Source: Eledone cirrhosa (lineage: Eukaryota). From it: a stretch of DNA of 64,000 bases. Numbering within the stretch: position 1 is the first letter of the stretch; each line of letters starts with the position of its first letter. The notes beneath the pieces were generated by a model. The model did not search any database and was not told where the DNA came from. It worked only from the letters and a program-made list of their open reading frames with translations. The stretch is from NCBI GenBank assembly GCA_964016885.1, contig OZ024745.1, positions 40,982,001 to 41,046,000 of the forward strand, read 5' to 3'. Positions 14,401-29,400 of this stretch are shown piece after piece. The position numbers and the translations under genes were made by a program.

Positions 14401-17400
14401 TCCGTTTTTTTATGGCGGGGGTCCGTTTTTTATTTGGGTGTCCCGTTTTTTATTTGGGTGCCCCGTTTTTCATTTGGGTGTCCCGTTTTTTTATGGGGGG
14501 GTGCGTTTTTTATTTAGGGCCCCGTTTTTTTATGGGGGGTCCGTTTTGTATTTGGGTGCCCCGTTTTTTATGATGTCCGTTTTTTAATTGGGCTCCCCGT
14601 TTTCTTATTTGGGTGCCCAGTTTTTTATTTGGGTGCCCCATTTTTTTATCTGGGTGCCCCTTTTTTAATGATGTGGTCCGTTTTTTATTTGGGCTCCCCG
14701 ATTTTTATTTGTGTGCCCCGTTTTTTTATGGGGGAGTCCGTTTTTTATTTCGGTGGCCCGTTTCTAATTTGTGTGCCTGGTTTATTTATGGGGGTGGTCC
14801 GTTTTTTATTTGGGTGCCCCGTTTTTTATTTGGGTGTCCCGTTTTTTATGGGTGGTTCGTTTTTTATTTGGGTGCCCATTTCTAATTTCTGAGCCCCGTT
14901 TTTTTATTTGGGTACCCCGTTTCTGATTTGTGTGGTCCGTTTTTTATTTGGGTGCCCCGTTTTTTATGGCGGTCCGTTTTTTATTTGGGTGTCCCGTTCT
15001 TTATTTGGGTGCCCCGTTTTTTTAGGGGGGGCCGTTTTTTATTTGGGTGCCCCGTTTTTTATGGGGGGGTCCTTTTTTTATTTGGGTGACCCATTTTTTA
15101 TGGGGGGGTCCGTTTTTTATTTGGGTGCTACGTTATTTTATGGGGGGTCCGTTTTTTATGTGGGGTGTCCGTTTTTTATTTGGGTGCCCCGTTTTTTTTA
15201 TGGGGGGTCCGTTTTTTATTTGGGTGCCCCGTTTTTTATTTGGGTGCCCCGTTTTTTATTTGGGTGCCCCGTTTTTTTATGAAGGGGATCCGTTATTTTA
15301 TAGGGAGGATCCTTTTTTAATTTTGGTGCCCCGTTTTTTGTTTGGTTGGTCCGTTTTTTATCTGGGTGCCCTGTTTTTTTATGGGGGGGTCCTCTTTTTA
15401 TTTCGGTGCCCCGTTTTTTTATTGGGAGGATCCGTTTTTTATTTGGGTGCCCCGTTTCTAATTTGTGTGCCCCGTTTTTTTATTTGGGTGCCCCGTTTTT
15501 TAATGGGGGTGGTCCGTTTTTTATTTGGGTGCCCCGTTTTTTATGGGGGGTTCGTTTTTTATTTGGGTGCCCATTTCTAATTTCTGAGCCCCGTTTTTTT
15601 ATTTGGGTACCCCGTTTCTGATTTGTGTGGTCCGTTTTTTATTTGGGTGCCCCGTTTTTTATGGCGGTCCGTTTTTTATTTGGGTGCCCCGTTCTTTATT
15701 TGGGTCCCCCGTTTTTTTAGGGGGGGCCGTTTTTTATTTGGGTGCCCCGTTTTTTATGGGGGGGTCCTTTTTTTATTTGGGTGACCCATTTTTTATGGGT
15801 GGGTCCGTTTTTTATCTAGGTGCTACGTTATTTTATGGGGGGTCCGTTTTTTTATGTGGCGTGTCCGTTTTTTATTTGGGTGCCCCGTTTTTTATTTGGG
15901 TGCCCCGTTTTTTATTTGGGTGTCCCGTTTTTTTATGGGGGGGGTCCGTTTTTTATTTAGGGCCCCGTTTTTTTATGGGGGTCCGTTTTTTATTTGGGTG
16001 CTCCGTTTTTTTGTTTGGGTGCCCCGTTTTTTTATGGCGGGGTCCCTTTTTTATTTGGGTGCACCTTTCTTTTATGGGGGGTCCGTTTTTTATTTGGGTG
16101 CCCGTTATTTATTTGGGTGCCCCGTTTTTTTTATGCGGGGATCCGTTTTATATTTGGGTGCCCCGTTTTTTTATGGGGGGGGGGCCTTTTTTATGGGTGC
16201 CTCGTTTTTATTTGGGTGGCCCGTTTTATTATGGGGGGGGTCCGTTTTTTATTTGGGTGCCCCCTTTTTTTATTTGGGTGGCCCGTTTTTTTATGGAGGG
16301 GTCCGTTTTTTATTTGGGTGCCCCGTTTTTTATTTGGGTGTCCCGTTTTTTTATGGGAGGGTACGTTTCTAAATTGTGTGCCCCGTTTTTTTATTTGGGT
16401 GCACCGTTTCTAATTTGTGTGCCCCGTTTTTTTATTTGGGTGCCCCGTTTTTCTATTTGTGTGTCCCGTTTTTAATTTGGGTGACCCGTTTTTTATTTGG
16501 GTGTCCCGTGTTTTTATGGGGGGTCCGTTTTTTATTTGGGTGCCCCGTTTTTTTATGGGGGGTCCGTTTTTTATTTGGGTGCTCCGTTTTTTTATGGCGG
16601 GGGTCCGTTTTTTATTTGGGTGTCCCGTTTTTTATTTGGGTGCCCCGTTTTTCATTTGGGTGTCCCGTTTTTTTATGGGGGGGTGCGTTTTTTATTTAGG
16701 GCCCCGTTTTTTTATGGGGGTCCGTTTTTTATTTGGGTGCTCCGTTTTTTTGTTTGGGTGCCCCGTTTTTTTATGGCGGGGTCCCTTTTTTATTTGGGTG
16801 CACCTTTCTTTTATGGGGGTCCGTTTTTTATTTGGGTGCCCGTTATTTATTTGGGTGCCCCGTTTTTTTTATGCGGGGATCCGTTTTATATTTGGGTGCC
16901 CCGTTTTTTTATGGGGGGGGGGCCTTTTTTATGGGTGCCTCGTTTTTATTTGGGTGGCCCGTTTTATTATGGGGGGGGTCCGTTTTTTATTTGGGTGCCC
17001 CCTTTTTTTATTTGGGTGGCCCGTTTTTTTATGGAGGGGTCCGTTTTTTATTTGGGTGCCCCGTTTTTTATTTGGGTGTCCCGTTTTTTTATGGGGGTCC
17101 GTTTTTTATTTGGGTGCCCCGTTTCTAATTTCTGTGCCCCGTTTTTTATTTGGGTACCCCGTTTCTGATTTGTGTGGTCCGTTTTTTATTTGGGTGCCCC
17201 GTCTTTTATTTGGGTGCCCCGTTTTTTTAGGGGGGCCGTTTTTTATTTGGGGTCCCCGTTTTTTATGGGGGGGTCCTTTTTTTATTTGGGTGCCCCGTTT
17301 TTTATGGGGGGGTGCGTTTTTTATTTGGATGCTACGTTATTTTATGGGGGATCGGTTTTTTTATGTGGGGTGTCCGTTTTTTATTTGGGTGCCCCGTTCT

Positions 17401-20400
17401 TTTATGGGGGGTCCGTTTTTTATTTGGGTGCCCCGTTTTTTATTTGGGTGCCCCGTTCTTTATTTGGGTGCCCCGTTTTTTATTTGGGTGCCCCGTTTTT
17501 TTATGAAGGGGATCCGTTTTTTTATGGGGATCCGTTTTTAATTTTGGTGCCCCGTTTTTTATTTGGGTGGTCCGTTTTTTATCTGGGTGCCCTGTTTTTT
17601 TATGGGGGGGTCCTCTTTTTATTTGGGTGCCCCGTTTTTTATGAGGAGGATCCGTTTTTTATTTGGGTGCCTCCTTTTTTATGGGGGGTCCGTTTTTTAT
17701 TTGGGTGCCCCGTTTTTTTATGATGTTGTCCGTTTTTTAATTGGGCTCCCCGATTTTTATTTGGGTGCCCCGTTTTTTTATGGGGGAGTCCGTTTTTTAT
17801 TTGGGTGCCCCGTTTTTAATTGGATGCCCCGTTCTCTTATTTGGTAGCCCAGTTTTTTATTTGGGTGCCCCATTTTTTTATTTGGGTGCCCCGTTTTTTA
17901 TGATGTGGTCCGTTTTTTATTTGGGCTCCCCGATTTTTATTTGGGTGCCCCGTTTTTTTATGGGGGAGTCCGTTTTTTATATTGGGTGCCCCGTTTTTTT
18001 ATGGGGGGGCCGTTTTTTATTTGGGTGGCACGTTTCTAATTTGTGTGCCCCGTTTTTTTATTTGGGTGCCCCGTTTCTAATTTGTGTGCCCCGTTTTTTA
18101 TTTGGGTGCCCCGTTTTTCTATTTGTGTGTCCCGTTTTTAATTTGGGTGACCCGTTTTTTATTTGGGTGTGCCGTTTTTTTATGGGGGGTCCGTTTTTTA
18201 TTTGGGTGCCCCGTTTTTTTATGGGGGGTCCGTTTTTTATTTGGGTGCTCCGGTTTTTTATGGCGGGGGTCCGTTTTTTATTTGGGTGCCCCGTTTTTTA
18301 TTTGGGTGCTCCGTTTTTTATGTGGGGGGTCCATTTTGTAATTGGGTTCCCCGTTTTTTATTTGGGTGCCCCGTCTTTTATTTGGGTGTCCCGTTTTTTT
18401 ATGGTGGGGTCCGTTTTTTATTTAGGGCCCCGTTTTTTTATGGGGGTCCGTTTTTTATTTGGGTGCTCCGTTTTTTATTTGGGTGCCCCGTTTTTTTATG
18501 GGGGGTCCGTTTTTTATTTGGGTGCCCCGTTTTTTATTTGGGTGCCCCGTTTTTTATTTGGGTGGCCCGTTTTTTTATGAAGGGGATCCGTTATTTTATA
18601 GGGAGGATCCTTTTTTAATTTTGGTGCTACGTTTTTTGTTTGGTAGGTCCGTTTTTTTATCTGGGTGCCCTGTTTTTTTATGGGGGGGTCCTCTTTTTAT
18701 TTCGGTGCCCCGTTTTTTTATGGGGAGGATCCGTTTTTTATTTGGGTGCCCCGTTTCTTATTTGGGTGCCCATTTCTAATTTCTGAGCCCCGTTTTTTTA
18801 TTTGGGTACCCCGTTTCTGATTTGTGTGGTCCGTTTTTTATTTGGGTGCCCCGTTTTTTATGGCGGTCCGTTTTTTATTTGGGTGCCCCGTTCTTTATTT
18901 GGGTCCCCCGTTTTTTTAGGGGGGGCCGTTTTTTATTTGGGTGCCCCGTTTTTTATGGGGGGGTCCTTTTTTTATTTGGGTGACCCATTTTTTATGGGGG
19001 GGTCCGTTTTTTATCTAGGTGCTACGTTATTTTATGGGGGGTCCGTTTTTTTATGTGGCGTGTCCGTTTTTTATTTGGGTGCCCCGTTTTTTTATGGGGG
19101 GTCCGTTTTTTATTTGGGTGCCCCGTTTTTTATTTGGGTGCCCCGTTTTTTATTTGGGTGCCCCGTTTTTTTATGAAGGGGATCCGTTATTTTATGGGGA
19201 GGATCCGTTTTTAATTTTGGTGCCCCGTTTTTTGTTTGGGTGGTCCGTTTTTTATCTGGGTGCCCTGTTTTTTTATGGGGGGTCCTCTTTTTATTTCGGT
19301 GCCCCGTTTTTTTTATGGGGTGGATCCGTTTTTTATTTGGGTGCCCCGTTTTTTTATGGGGTGTCCCTTTTTTATTTGGGTGCCCCGTTTTTCATTTGGG
19401 TGCCCCATTCTTTTATTTGGGTGTCCCGTTTTTTATGATGTGGTCCGTTTTTTATTTGGGCTCCCCGATTTTTATTTGGGTGCCCCGTTTTTTTATGTGG
19501 GAGTCCGTTTTTTATATTGGGTGCCCCGTTTTTTTATAGGGGGGCCGTTTTTTATTTGGGTGCCCCGTTTTTTGTGGGGTGTCCATTCTTTATTTGGGTG
19601 CCCCGTTTTTCTATGGGGGGTCCGTTTTTTATTTCGGTGGCCCGTTTCTAATTTGTGTGCCCCGTTTTTTTATGGGGGGGTCCTTTTTTTTGGGTGCCCG
19701 GTTTTTATTTGGGTGGCCCGTTTTATTATGGGGGGGGTCCGTATTTTATTTGGGTGCCCCCTTTTTTTATTTGGGTGGCCCGTTTTTTTATGGAGGGGTC
19801 CGTTTTTTATTTGGGTGCCCCGTTTTTTATTTGGGTGTCCCGTTTTTTTATGGGAGGGTCCGTTTCTAATTTGTGTGTCCCGTTTTTTTATTTGGGTGCA
19901 CCGTTTCTAATTTGTGTGCCCCGTTTTTTTATTTGGGTGCCCCGTTTTTCTATTTGTGTGTCCCGTTTTTAATTTGGGTGACGCGTTTTTTATTTGGGTG
20001 TCCCGTTTTTTATTTGGGTGCCCCGTTTTTTATTTGGGTGTCCCGTTTTTTTATGGGGGGGTCCGTTTTTTATTTAGGGCCCCGTTTTTTTATGGGGGTC
20101 CGTTTTTTATTTGGGTGCTCCGTTATTTTGTTTGGGTGCCCCGTTTTTTTATGGCGGGGTCCCTTTTTTATTTGGGTGCACCTTTCTTTTATGGGGGGTC
20201 CGTTTTTTATTTGGGTGCCCCGTTTTTTTATGGGGGGGGCCTTTTTTATGGGTGCCTCGTTTTTATTTGGGTGGCCCGTTTTATTATGGGGGTGTCCGTT
20301 TTTTATTTGGGTGCCCCCTTTTTTTATTTGGGTGGCCCGTTTTATTATGGGGGGGGGTCCGTTTTTTATTTGGGTGCCCCCTTTTTTTATTTGGGTGGCC

Positions 20401-23400
20401 CGTTTTTTTATGGAGGGGTCCGTTTTTTATTTGGGTGCCCCGTTTTTTATTTGGGTGTCCCGTTTTTTTATGGGGGTCCGTTTTTTATTTGGGTGCCCCG
20501 TTTCTAATTTCTGTGCCCCGTTTTTTATTTGGGTACCCCGTTTCTGATTTGTGTGGTCCGTTTTTTATTTGGGTGCCCCGTCTTTTATTTGGGTGCCCCG
20601 TTTTTTTAGGGGGGCCGTTTTTTATTTGGGGTCCCCGTTTTTTATGGGGGGGTCCTTTTTTTATTTGGGTGCCCCGTTCTTTATGGGGGGGTGCGTTTTT
20701 TATTTGGATGCTACGTTATTTTATGGGGGGTCGGTTTTTTTATGTGGGGTGTCCGTTTTTTATTTGGGTGCCCCGTTCTTTTATGGGGGGTCCGTTTTTT
20801 ATTTGGGTGCCCCGTTTTTTATTTGGGTGCCCCGTTCTTTATTTGGGTGCCCCGTTTTTTATTTGGGTGCCCCGTTTTTTTATGAAGGGGATCCGTTTTT
20901 TTATGGGGATCCGTTTTTAATTTTGGTGCCACGTTTTTTATTTGGGTGGTCCGTTTTTTATCTGGGTGCCCTGTTTTTTTATGGGGGGGGTCCTCTTTTT
21001 ATTTGGGTGCCCCGTTTTTCATGAGGAGGATCCGTTTTTTATTTGGGTGCCTCCTTTTTTATGGGGGGTCCGTTTTTTATTTGGGTGCCCCGTTTTTTTA
21101 TGATGTTGTCCGTTTTTTAATTGGGCTCCCCGATTTTTATTTGGGTGCCCCGTTTTTTTATGGGGGAGTCCGTTTTTTATTTGGGTGCCCCGTTTTTAAT
21201 TGGATGCCCCGTTTTCTTATTTGGGTGCCCAGTTTTTTATTTGGGTGCCCCATTTTTTTATTTGGGTGCCCCGTTATTTATGATGTGGTCCGTTTTTTAT
21301 TTGGGTGCCCCGTTTTTTATTTGGGTGTCCCGTTTTTTTATGGGAGGGTACGTTTTTTATTTGGGTGCCCCGTTTTTTTATGGGGGTCCGTTTTTTATTT
21401 GGGTGCCCCGTTTCTAATTTCTGTGCCCCGTTTTTTTATTTGGGTACCCCGTTTCTGATTTGTGTGGTCCGTTTTTTATTTGGGTGCCCCGTTTTTTTAG
21501 GGGGCCGTTTTTTATTTGGGGTCCCCGTTTTTTATTTGGGTGCCCCGTTTTTTTATGGGGGAGTCCGTTTTTTATATTGGGTGCCCCGTTTTTTTATGGG
21601 GGGGCCGTTTTTTATTTGGGTGGCACGTTTCTAATTTGTGTGCCCCGTTTTTTTATTTGGGTGCCCCGTTTCTAATTTGTGTGCCCCGTTTTTTATTTGG
21701 GCGCCCCGTTTTTCTATTTGTGTGTCCCGTTTTTAATTTGGGTGACCCGTTTTTTATTTGGGTGTGCCGTTTTTTTATGGGGGGTCCGTTTTTTATTTGG
21801 GTGCCCCGTTTTTTTATGGGGGGTCCGTTTTTTATTTGGGTGCTCCGGTTTTTTATGGCGGGGGTCCGTTTTTTATTTGGGTGCCCCTTTTTTTATATGG
21901 GTGCTCCGTTTTTTATGTGGGGGGTCCATTTTGTAATTGGGTTCCCCGTTTTTTATTTGGGTGCCCCGTCTTTTATTTGGGTGTCCCGTTTTTTTATGGT
22001 GGGGTCCGTTTTTTATTTAGGGCCCCGTTTTTTTATGGGGGTCCGTTTTTTATTTGGGTGCTCCGTTTTTTTGTTTGGGTGCCCCGTTTTTTTATGGCGG
22101 GGTCACTTTTTTATTTGGGTGCACCTTTCTTTTATGGGGGGTCCGTTTTTTATTTGGGTGCCCCGTTATTTATTTGGGTGCCTCGTTTTTATTTGGGTGT
22201 CCCGTTTTATTATGGGGGGTCCGTTTTTTATTTGGGTGCCCCCTTTTTTTATTTGGGTGGCCGTTTTTTATTTGGGTGGCACGTTTCTAATTTGTGTGCC
22301 CCGTTTTTTTATTTGGGTGCCCCGTTTCTAATTTGTGTGCCCCGTTTTTTATTTGGGTGCCCCGTTTTTCTATTTGTGTGTCCCGTTTTTAATTTGGGTG
22401 ACCCGTTTTTTATTTGGGTGTGCCGTTTTTTTATGGGGGGTCCGTTTTTTATTTGGGTGCCCCGTTTTTTTATGGGGGGTCCGTTTTTTATTTGGGTGCT
22501 CCGGTTTTTTATGGCGGGGGTCCGTTTTTTATTTGGGTGCCCCGTTTTTTATTTGGGTGCTCCGTTTTTTATGTGGGGGGTCCATTTTGTAATTGGGTTC
22601 CCCGTTTTTTATTTGGGTGCCCCGTCTTTTATTTGGGTGTCCCGTTTTTTTATGGTGGGGTCCGTTTTTTATTTAGGGCCCCGTTTTTTTATGGGGGTCC
22701 GTTTTTTATTTGGGTGCTCCGTTTTTTTGTTTGGGTGCCCCGTTTTTTTATGGCGGGGTCACTTTTTTATTTGGGTGCACATTTCTTTTATGGGGGGTCC
22801 GTTTTTTATTTGGGTGCCCCGTTATTTATTTGGGTGCCTCGTTTTTATTTGGGTGTCCCGTTTTATTATGGGGGGGTCCGTTTTTTATTTGGGTGCCCCC
22901 TTTTTTTATTTGGGTGGCCCGTTTTTTTATGGAGGGGTCCGTTTTTTATTTGGGTGCCCCGTTTTTTATTTGGGTGTCCCGTTTTTTTATGGGAGGGTAC
23001 GTTTTTTATTTGGGTGCCCCGTTTTTTTAGGGGGCCGTTTTTTATTTGGGGTCCCCGTTTTTTATGGGGGGGTCCTTTTTTTATTTGGGTGCGCCGTTTT
23101 TTATTTGGGTGCCCCGTCTTTTATTTGGGTGTCCGTTTTTTTTATGGGGGGGTCCGTTTTCTCTTTGGGTGCCCCGTTTTTTTATGGGGGGTCCGTTTTT
23201 TATTTGGGTGCCCCGTTTTTTTATGGTGGGTCCGTTTTTTATTTGGGTGCTCCGTTTTTTTATGGGGGGGGGTCCGTTTTTTATTTGGGTGTTCCGTTTT
23301 TTATTTGGGTGCCCCGTTTTTTATTTGGGTGCTCCGTTATTTGTTTGGGTGCCCCGTTTTTTTATGGCGGGGTCCCTTTTTTATTTGGGTGCCCCTTTTT

Positions 23401-26400
23401 TTTATGGGGGGTCCGTTTTTTATTTGGGTGCCCCGTTTTTTTTATGGGGGGGTCCTTTTTTTTGGGTGCCCCGTTTTTATTTGGGTGGCCCGTTTTATTA
23501 TGGGGGGGTCCGTTTTTTATTTGGGTGCCCCCTTTTTTTATTTGGGTGGCCCGTTTTTTTATGGAGGGGTACGTTTTTTATTTGGGTGCCCCGTTTTTTA
23601 TTTGGGTGTCCCGTTTTTTTATGGGAGGGTACGTTTTTTATTTGGGTGCCCCGTTTTTTTATGGGGGTCCGTTTTTTATTTGGGTGCCCCGTTTCTAATT
23701 TCTGTGCCCCGTTTTTTTATTTGGGTACCCCGTTTCTGATTTGTGTGGTCCGTTTTTTATTTGGGTGCCCCGTTTTTTTAGGGGGCCGTTTTTTATTTGG
23801 GGTCCCCGTTTTTTATGGGGGGGTCCTTTTTTTATTTGGGTGCCCCGTTTTTTATTTGGGTGCCCCGTCTTTTATTTGGGTGTCGGTTTTTTTATGGGGG
23901 GGTCCGTTTTTTATTTGGGGTCCCCGTTTTTTATGGGGGGGTCCTTTTTTTATTTGGGTGCGCCGTTTTTTATTTGGGTGCCCCGTCTTTTATTTGGGTG
24001 TCCGTTTTTTTTATGGGGGGGTCCGTTTTCTCTTTGGGTGCCCCGTTTTTTTATGGGGGGTCCGTTTTTTATTTGGGTGCCCCGTTTTTTTATGGTGGGT
24101 CCGTTTTTTATTTGGGTGCTCCGTTTTTTTATGGGGGGGGGTCCGTTTTTTATTTGGGTGTTCCGTTTTTTATTTGGGTGCCCCGTTTTTTATTTGGGTG
24201 CTCCGTTATTTGTTTGGGTGCCCCGTTTTTTTATGGCGGGGTCCCTTTTTTATTTGGGTGCCCCTTTTTTTTATGGGGGGTCCGTTTTTTATTTGGGTGC
24301 CCCGTTTTTTTTATGGGGGGGTCCTTTTTTTTGGGTGCCCCGTTTTTATTTGGGTGGCCCGTTTTATTATGGGGGGGTCCGTTTTTTATTTGGGTGCCCC
24401 CTTTTTTTATTTGGGTGGCCCGTTTTTTTATGGAGGGGTACGTTTTTTATTTGGGTGCCCCGTTTTTTATTTGGGTGTCCCGTTTTTTTATGGGAGGGTA
24501 CGTTTTTTATTTGGGTGCCCCGTTTTTTTATGGGGGTCCGTTTTTTATTTGGGTGCCCCGTTTCTAATTTCTGTGCCCCGTTTTTTTATTTGGGTACCCC
24601 GTTTCTGATTTGTGTGGTCCGTTTTTTATTTGGGTGCCCCGTTTTTTTAGGGGGCCGTTTTTTATTTGGGGTCCCCGTTTTTTATGGGGGGGTCCTTTTT
24701 TTATTTGGGTGCCCCGTTTTTTATTTGGGTGCCCCGTCTTTTATTTGGGTGTCGGTTTTTTTATGGGGGGGTCCGTTTTTTATTTGGGTGCCCCGTTTTT
24801 TTATGGGGGGTCCGTTTTTTATTTGGGTGCTCCGTTTTTTTATGGGGGGGGTCCGTTTTTTATTTGGGTGTCCCGTTTTTTATTTGGGTGCCCCGTTTTT
24901 TATTTGGGTGCTCCGTTATTTGTTTGGGTGCCCCGTTTTTTTATGGCGGGGTCGCTTTTTTATTTGGGTGCCCCTTTTTTTATGGGGGTCCGTTTTTTAT
25001 TTGGGTGCCCCGTTATTTATTTGGGTGCCCCGTTTTTTTTATGGGGGGGTCCTTTTTTTTGGGTGCCCCGTTTTTATTTGGGTGGCCCGTTTTATTATGG
25101 GGGGGTCCGTTTTTTATTTGGGTGCCCCGTTATTTATTTGGGTGCCCCGTTTTTTTATGGGGGGGTCCTTTTTTTTGGGTGCCCCGTTTTTATTTGGGTG
25201 GCCCGTTTTATTATGGGGGGGTCCGTTTTTTATTTGGGTGCCCCCTTTTTTTATTTGGGTGGCCCGTTTTTTTATGGAGGGGTCCGTTTTTTATTTGGGT
25301 GCCCCGTTTTTTATTTGGGTGTCCCGTTTTTTTATGGGAGGGTCCGTTTTTTATTTGGGTGCCCCGTTTTTTTATGGGGGCCCGTTTTTTATTTGGTTGC
25401 CCCGTTTTTTTATGGTGGTGTACATTTTTTAATTGGGTGCCCCGTTTTATATTTGGTCCCCGTTTTTTTATTTGGGTGCATCGTTTTTTATTTGGGTACT
25501 CGGTTTTTTATGGAGGGGGGTTCAGTTTTTTATTTGGGTGCCCCGTTTCTAATTTCTGTGCCCCGTTTTTTTATTTGGGTACCCCGTTTCTGATTTGTGT
25601 GGTCCGTTTTTTATTTGGGGTCCCCGTTTTTTATGGGGGGGAGGTTCAGTTTTTTATTTGGGTGCCCCGTTTCTAATTTCTGTGCCCCGTTTTTTTATTT
25701 GGGTACCCCGTTTCTGATTTGTGTGGTCCGTTTTTTATTTGGGGTCCCCGTTTTTTATGGGGGGGGGCCTTTTTTTATTTGGGTGCCCCGTTTTTTATGG
25801 GGGGGTGCGTATTTTATTTGGATGCTACGTTATTTTATGGGGGGTCGGTTTTTTTATGTGGGGTATCCGTTTTTTATTTGGGTGCCCCGTTTTTTTATGG
25901 GGGGTCCGTTTTTTATTTGGGTGCCCCGTTTTTTATTTGGGTGCCCCGTTTTTTATGAAGGGGATCCGTTTTTTTATGGGGATCCGTTTTTAATATTGGT
26001 GCCACGTTTTTTATTTGGGTGGTCCGTTTTTTATCTGGGTGCACTTTTTTTTTTATGGGGGGCCCTCTTTTTATTTGGGTGCCCCGTTTTTTATGAGGAG
26101 GATCCGTTTTTTATTTGGCTGCCTTCTCTTTTTATGGGGGGTCCGTTTTTTTATGTGGGGTGTCCGTTTTTTATTTGGGTGCCCCGTATTTTATGGGGGG
26201 TCCGTTTTTTATTTGGGTGCCCCGTTTTTTATTTGGATGCTACGTTATTTTATGGGGGGTCCGTTTTTTTATGTGGGGTGTCCGTTTTTTATTTGGGTGC
26301 CCCGTTTTTTTATGGGGGCCCGTTTTTTATTTGGTTGCCCCGTTTTTTTATGGTGGTGTACATTTTTTAATTGGGTGCCCCGTTTTATATTTGGGTCCCC

Positions 26401-29400
26401 GTTTTTTTATTTGGGTGCATCGTTTTTTATTTGGGTACCCGGTTTTATATGGAGGGGGGGTCAGTTTTTTATTTGGGTGCCCCGTTTCTAATTTCTGTGC
26501 CCCGTTTTTTTATTTGGGTACCCCGTTTCTGATTTGTGTGGTCCGTTTTTTATTTGGGGTCCCCGTTTTTTATGGGGGGTCCTTTTTTTATTTGGGTGCC
26601 CCGTTTTTTATGGGGGGGGGTGCGTTTTTTATTTGGATGCTACGTTATTTTATGGGGGGTCGGTTTTTTTATGTGGGGTGTCCGTTTTTTATTTGGGTGC
26701 CCCGTTTTTTTATGGGGGGTCCGTTTTTTATTTGGGTGCCCCGTTTTTTATTTGGGTGCCCCGTTTTTTATTTGGGTGCCCCGTTTTTTTATGAAGGGGA
26801 TCCGTTTTTTTATGGGGATCCGTTTTTAATTTTGGTGCCCCGTTTTTTATTTGGGTGGTCCGTTTTTTATCTGGGTGCCCTGTTTTTTTATGGGGGGCCC
26901 TCTTTTTATTTGGGTGCCCCGTTTTTTATGAGGAGGATCCGTTTTTTATTTGGCTGCCTTCTTTTTTTATGGGGGGTCCGCTTTTTATTTGGGTGCCCCG
27001 TTTTTTATGATGTTCTCCGTTTTTTAATTGGGCTCCCCGATTTTTATTTGGGTGCCCCGTGTTTAATTGGATGCCCCGTTTTCTTATTTGGGTGCCCAGT
27101 TTTTTATTTGGGTGCCCCATTTTTTTTATTTGGGTGCCCCGTTTTTTATGATGTGGTCCGTTTTTTATTTGGGCTCCCCGATTTTTATTTGGGTGCCCCG
27201 TTTTTTATGGGGGAGTCCGTTTTTCTATATTGGGTGCCCCGTTTTTTTATGGGGGGGCCGTTTTTTATTTGGGTGTCCCGTTTTTTGTGGGGGGTCCATT
27301 TTTTATTTGGGTGCCCCGTTTTTTTATGGGGGGCCCGTTTTTTATTTCGGTGGCACGTTTCTAATTTGTGTGCCCCGTTTTTTTATTTGGGTGCCCCGTT
27401 TCTAATTTGTGTGCCCCGTTTTTTATTTGGGTGCCCCGTTTTTCTATTTGTGTGTCCCGTTTTTAATTTGGGTGACCCGTTTTTTATTTGGGTGGCCCGT
27501 TTTTTTATGGGGGAGTCCGTTTTTTATTTGGGTGCCCCGTTTTTTTTATGGGGGTCCGTTTTTTATTTGGGTGCCCCGTTTTTTATGGCGGGGTCCGTTT
27601 TTTATTTGGGTGCGCCGTTATTTTACGGGTGCTCCGGTTTTTTACGGGGGGTCCGTTTTTATTTGGGTGCTCCGTTTTTTTATGGGGGGGGTCCGTTTTT
27701 TATTTGGGTGCCCCGTTTTTTATTTGGGTGCCCCGTTTTTTATTTGGGTGCTCCGTTTTTTATGTGGGGGGTCCATTTTGTAATTGGGTGCCCTGTTTTT
27801 TATTTGGTTGCCCCGTTTTTTATTTGGGTGTCCCGATTTTTTATGGGGGGTCCGTTTTTTATTTAGGGGCCCCGTTTTTTTATGGGGGTCCGTTTTTTAT
27901 TTGGGTGCCCCGTTTATTTTATGGGGGGGTCCTTTTTTTTGGGTGCCCCGTTTTTATTTGGGTGGCCCGTTTTATTATGGGGGGGTCCGTTTTTTATTTG
28001 GGTGCCCCGTTTCTAATTTCTGTGCCCCGTTTTTTTATTTGGGTACCCCGTTTCTGATTTGTGTGGTCCGTTTTTTATTTGGGTGCCCCGTTTTTTATGG
28101 CGGTCCGTTTTTTATTTGGGTGCCCCGTTCTTTATTTGGGTGCCCCGTTTTTTTAGGGGGGGGGGCCGTTTTTTATTTGGGTGCCCCGTTTTTTATGGGG
28201 GGGTCCTTTTTTTATTTTGGTACCCCGTTTTTTATGGGGGGGTGCGTTTTTTATTTGCATGGTACGTTATTTTATTGGGGGTCCGTTTTTTTATGTGGGG
28301 TGTCCGTTTTTTATTTGGGTGCCCCGTTTTTTTATGGGGGGTCCGTTTTTTATTTGGGTGCCCCGTTTTTGATTTGGGTGCCCCGTTTTTTATTTGGGTG
28401 CCCCGTTTTTTTATGGGGAGGATCCGTTTTGTATTTGGGTGCCCCGTTTTTTATGATGTTGTCCGTTTTTTAATTGGGCTCCCCGATTTTTATTTGGGTG
28501 CCCCGTTTTTTTATGGGGGAGTCCGTTTTTTATTTGGGTGCCCCGTTTTTAATTGGATGCCCCGTTTTCTTATTTGGGTGCCCAGTTTTTTATTTGGCTG
28601 CCCCATTTTTTTATTTGGGTGCCCCGTATTTTATGATGTGGTCCGTTTTTTATTTAGGCTCCCCGATTTTTATTTGGGTGCCCCGTTTTTTTATGGGGGA
28701 GTCCGTTTTTTATATTGGGTGCCCCGTTTTTTTATGGGGGGGGGGCCGTTTTTTATTTGGGTGCCCCGTTTTTTGTGGGCGTCCATTTTATATTTCGGTG
28801 GCCCGTTTCTAATTTGTGTGCCCCGTTTTTTTATTTGGGTGCCCCGTTTCTAATTTGTGTGCTCCGTTTTTTTATTTGGGTGCCCCGTTTTTTTATGGGG
28901 GTGGTCCGTTTTTTATTTGGGTGCCACGTTTTTTTATGGGGTTCCGTTTTTTATTTGTGTGCCCCGTTTTTTATTTGGGTGCCCAGTTTTTTTATGGCGG
29001 GGTCCCTCTTTTATTTGGGTGCCCCTTTTTTATGGGGGGTCCTTTTTTTAGTTGGGTGCCCCGTTTTTTTATAGGGCGTCCGTTTTTTATTTGGGTGCAC
29101 CGTTTTTTTATGGGGGGGTCCGTTTTTTATTTGGGTGCCCTGTTTTTTCATGGGGGGGTCCGTTTTTTATTTGGGTGCCACGTTTTTTATGGGGGGCGTT
29201 TTTTATTTGGGTACCCCGATTTTTTAGGGCGGGGTCCCTCTTTTATTTGGGTGCCCCTTTTTTATGGGGTGTCCGTTTTTTATTTGGGTGCACCGTTTTT
29301 TTATGGGGGGGGTCGGTTTTTTATTTGGTTGCCCCGTTTTTTCATGGGGGGTCCGTTTTTTATTTGGGTGCCCCGTTTTTTATGAGGGGCGTTTTTTATT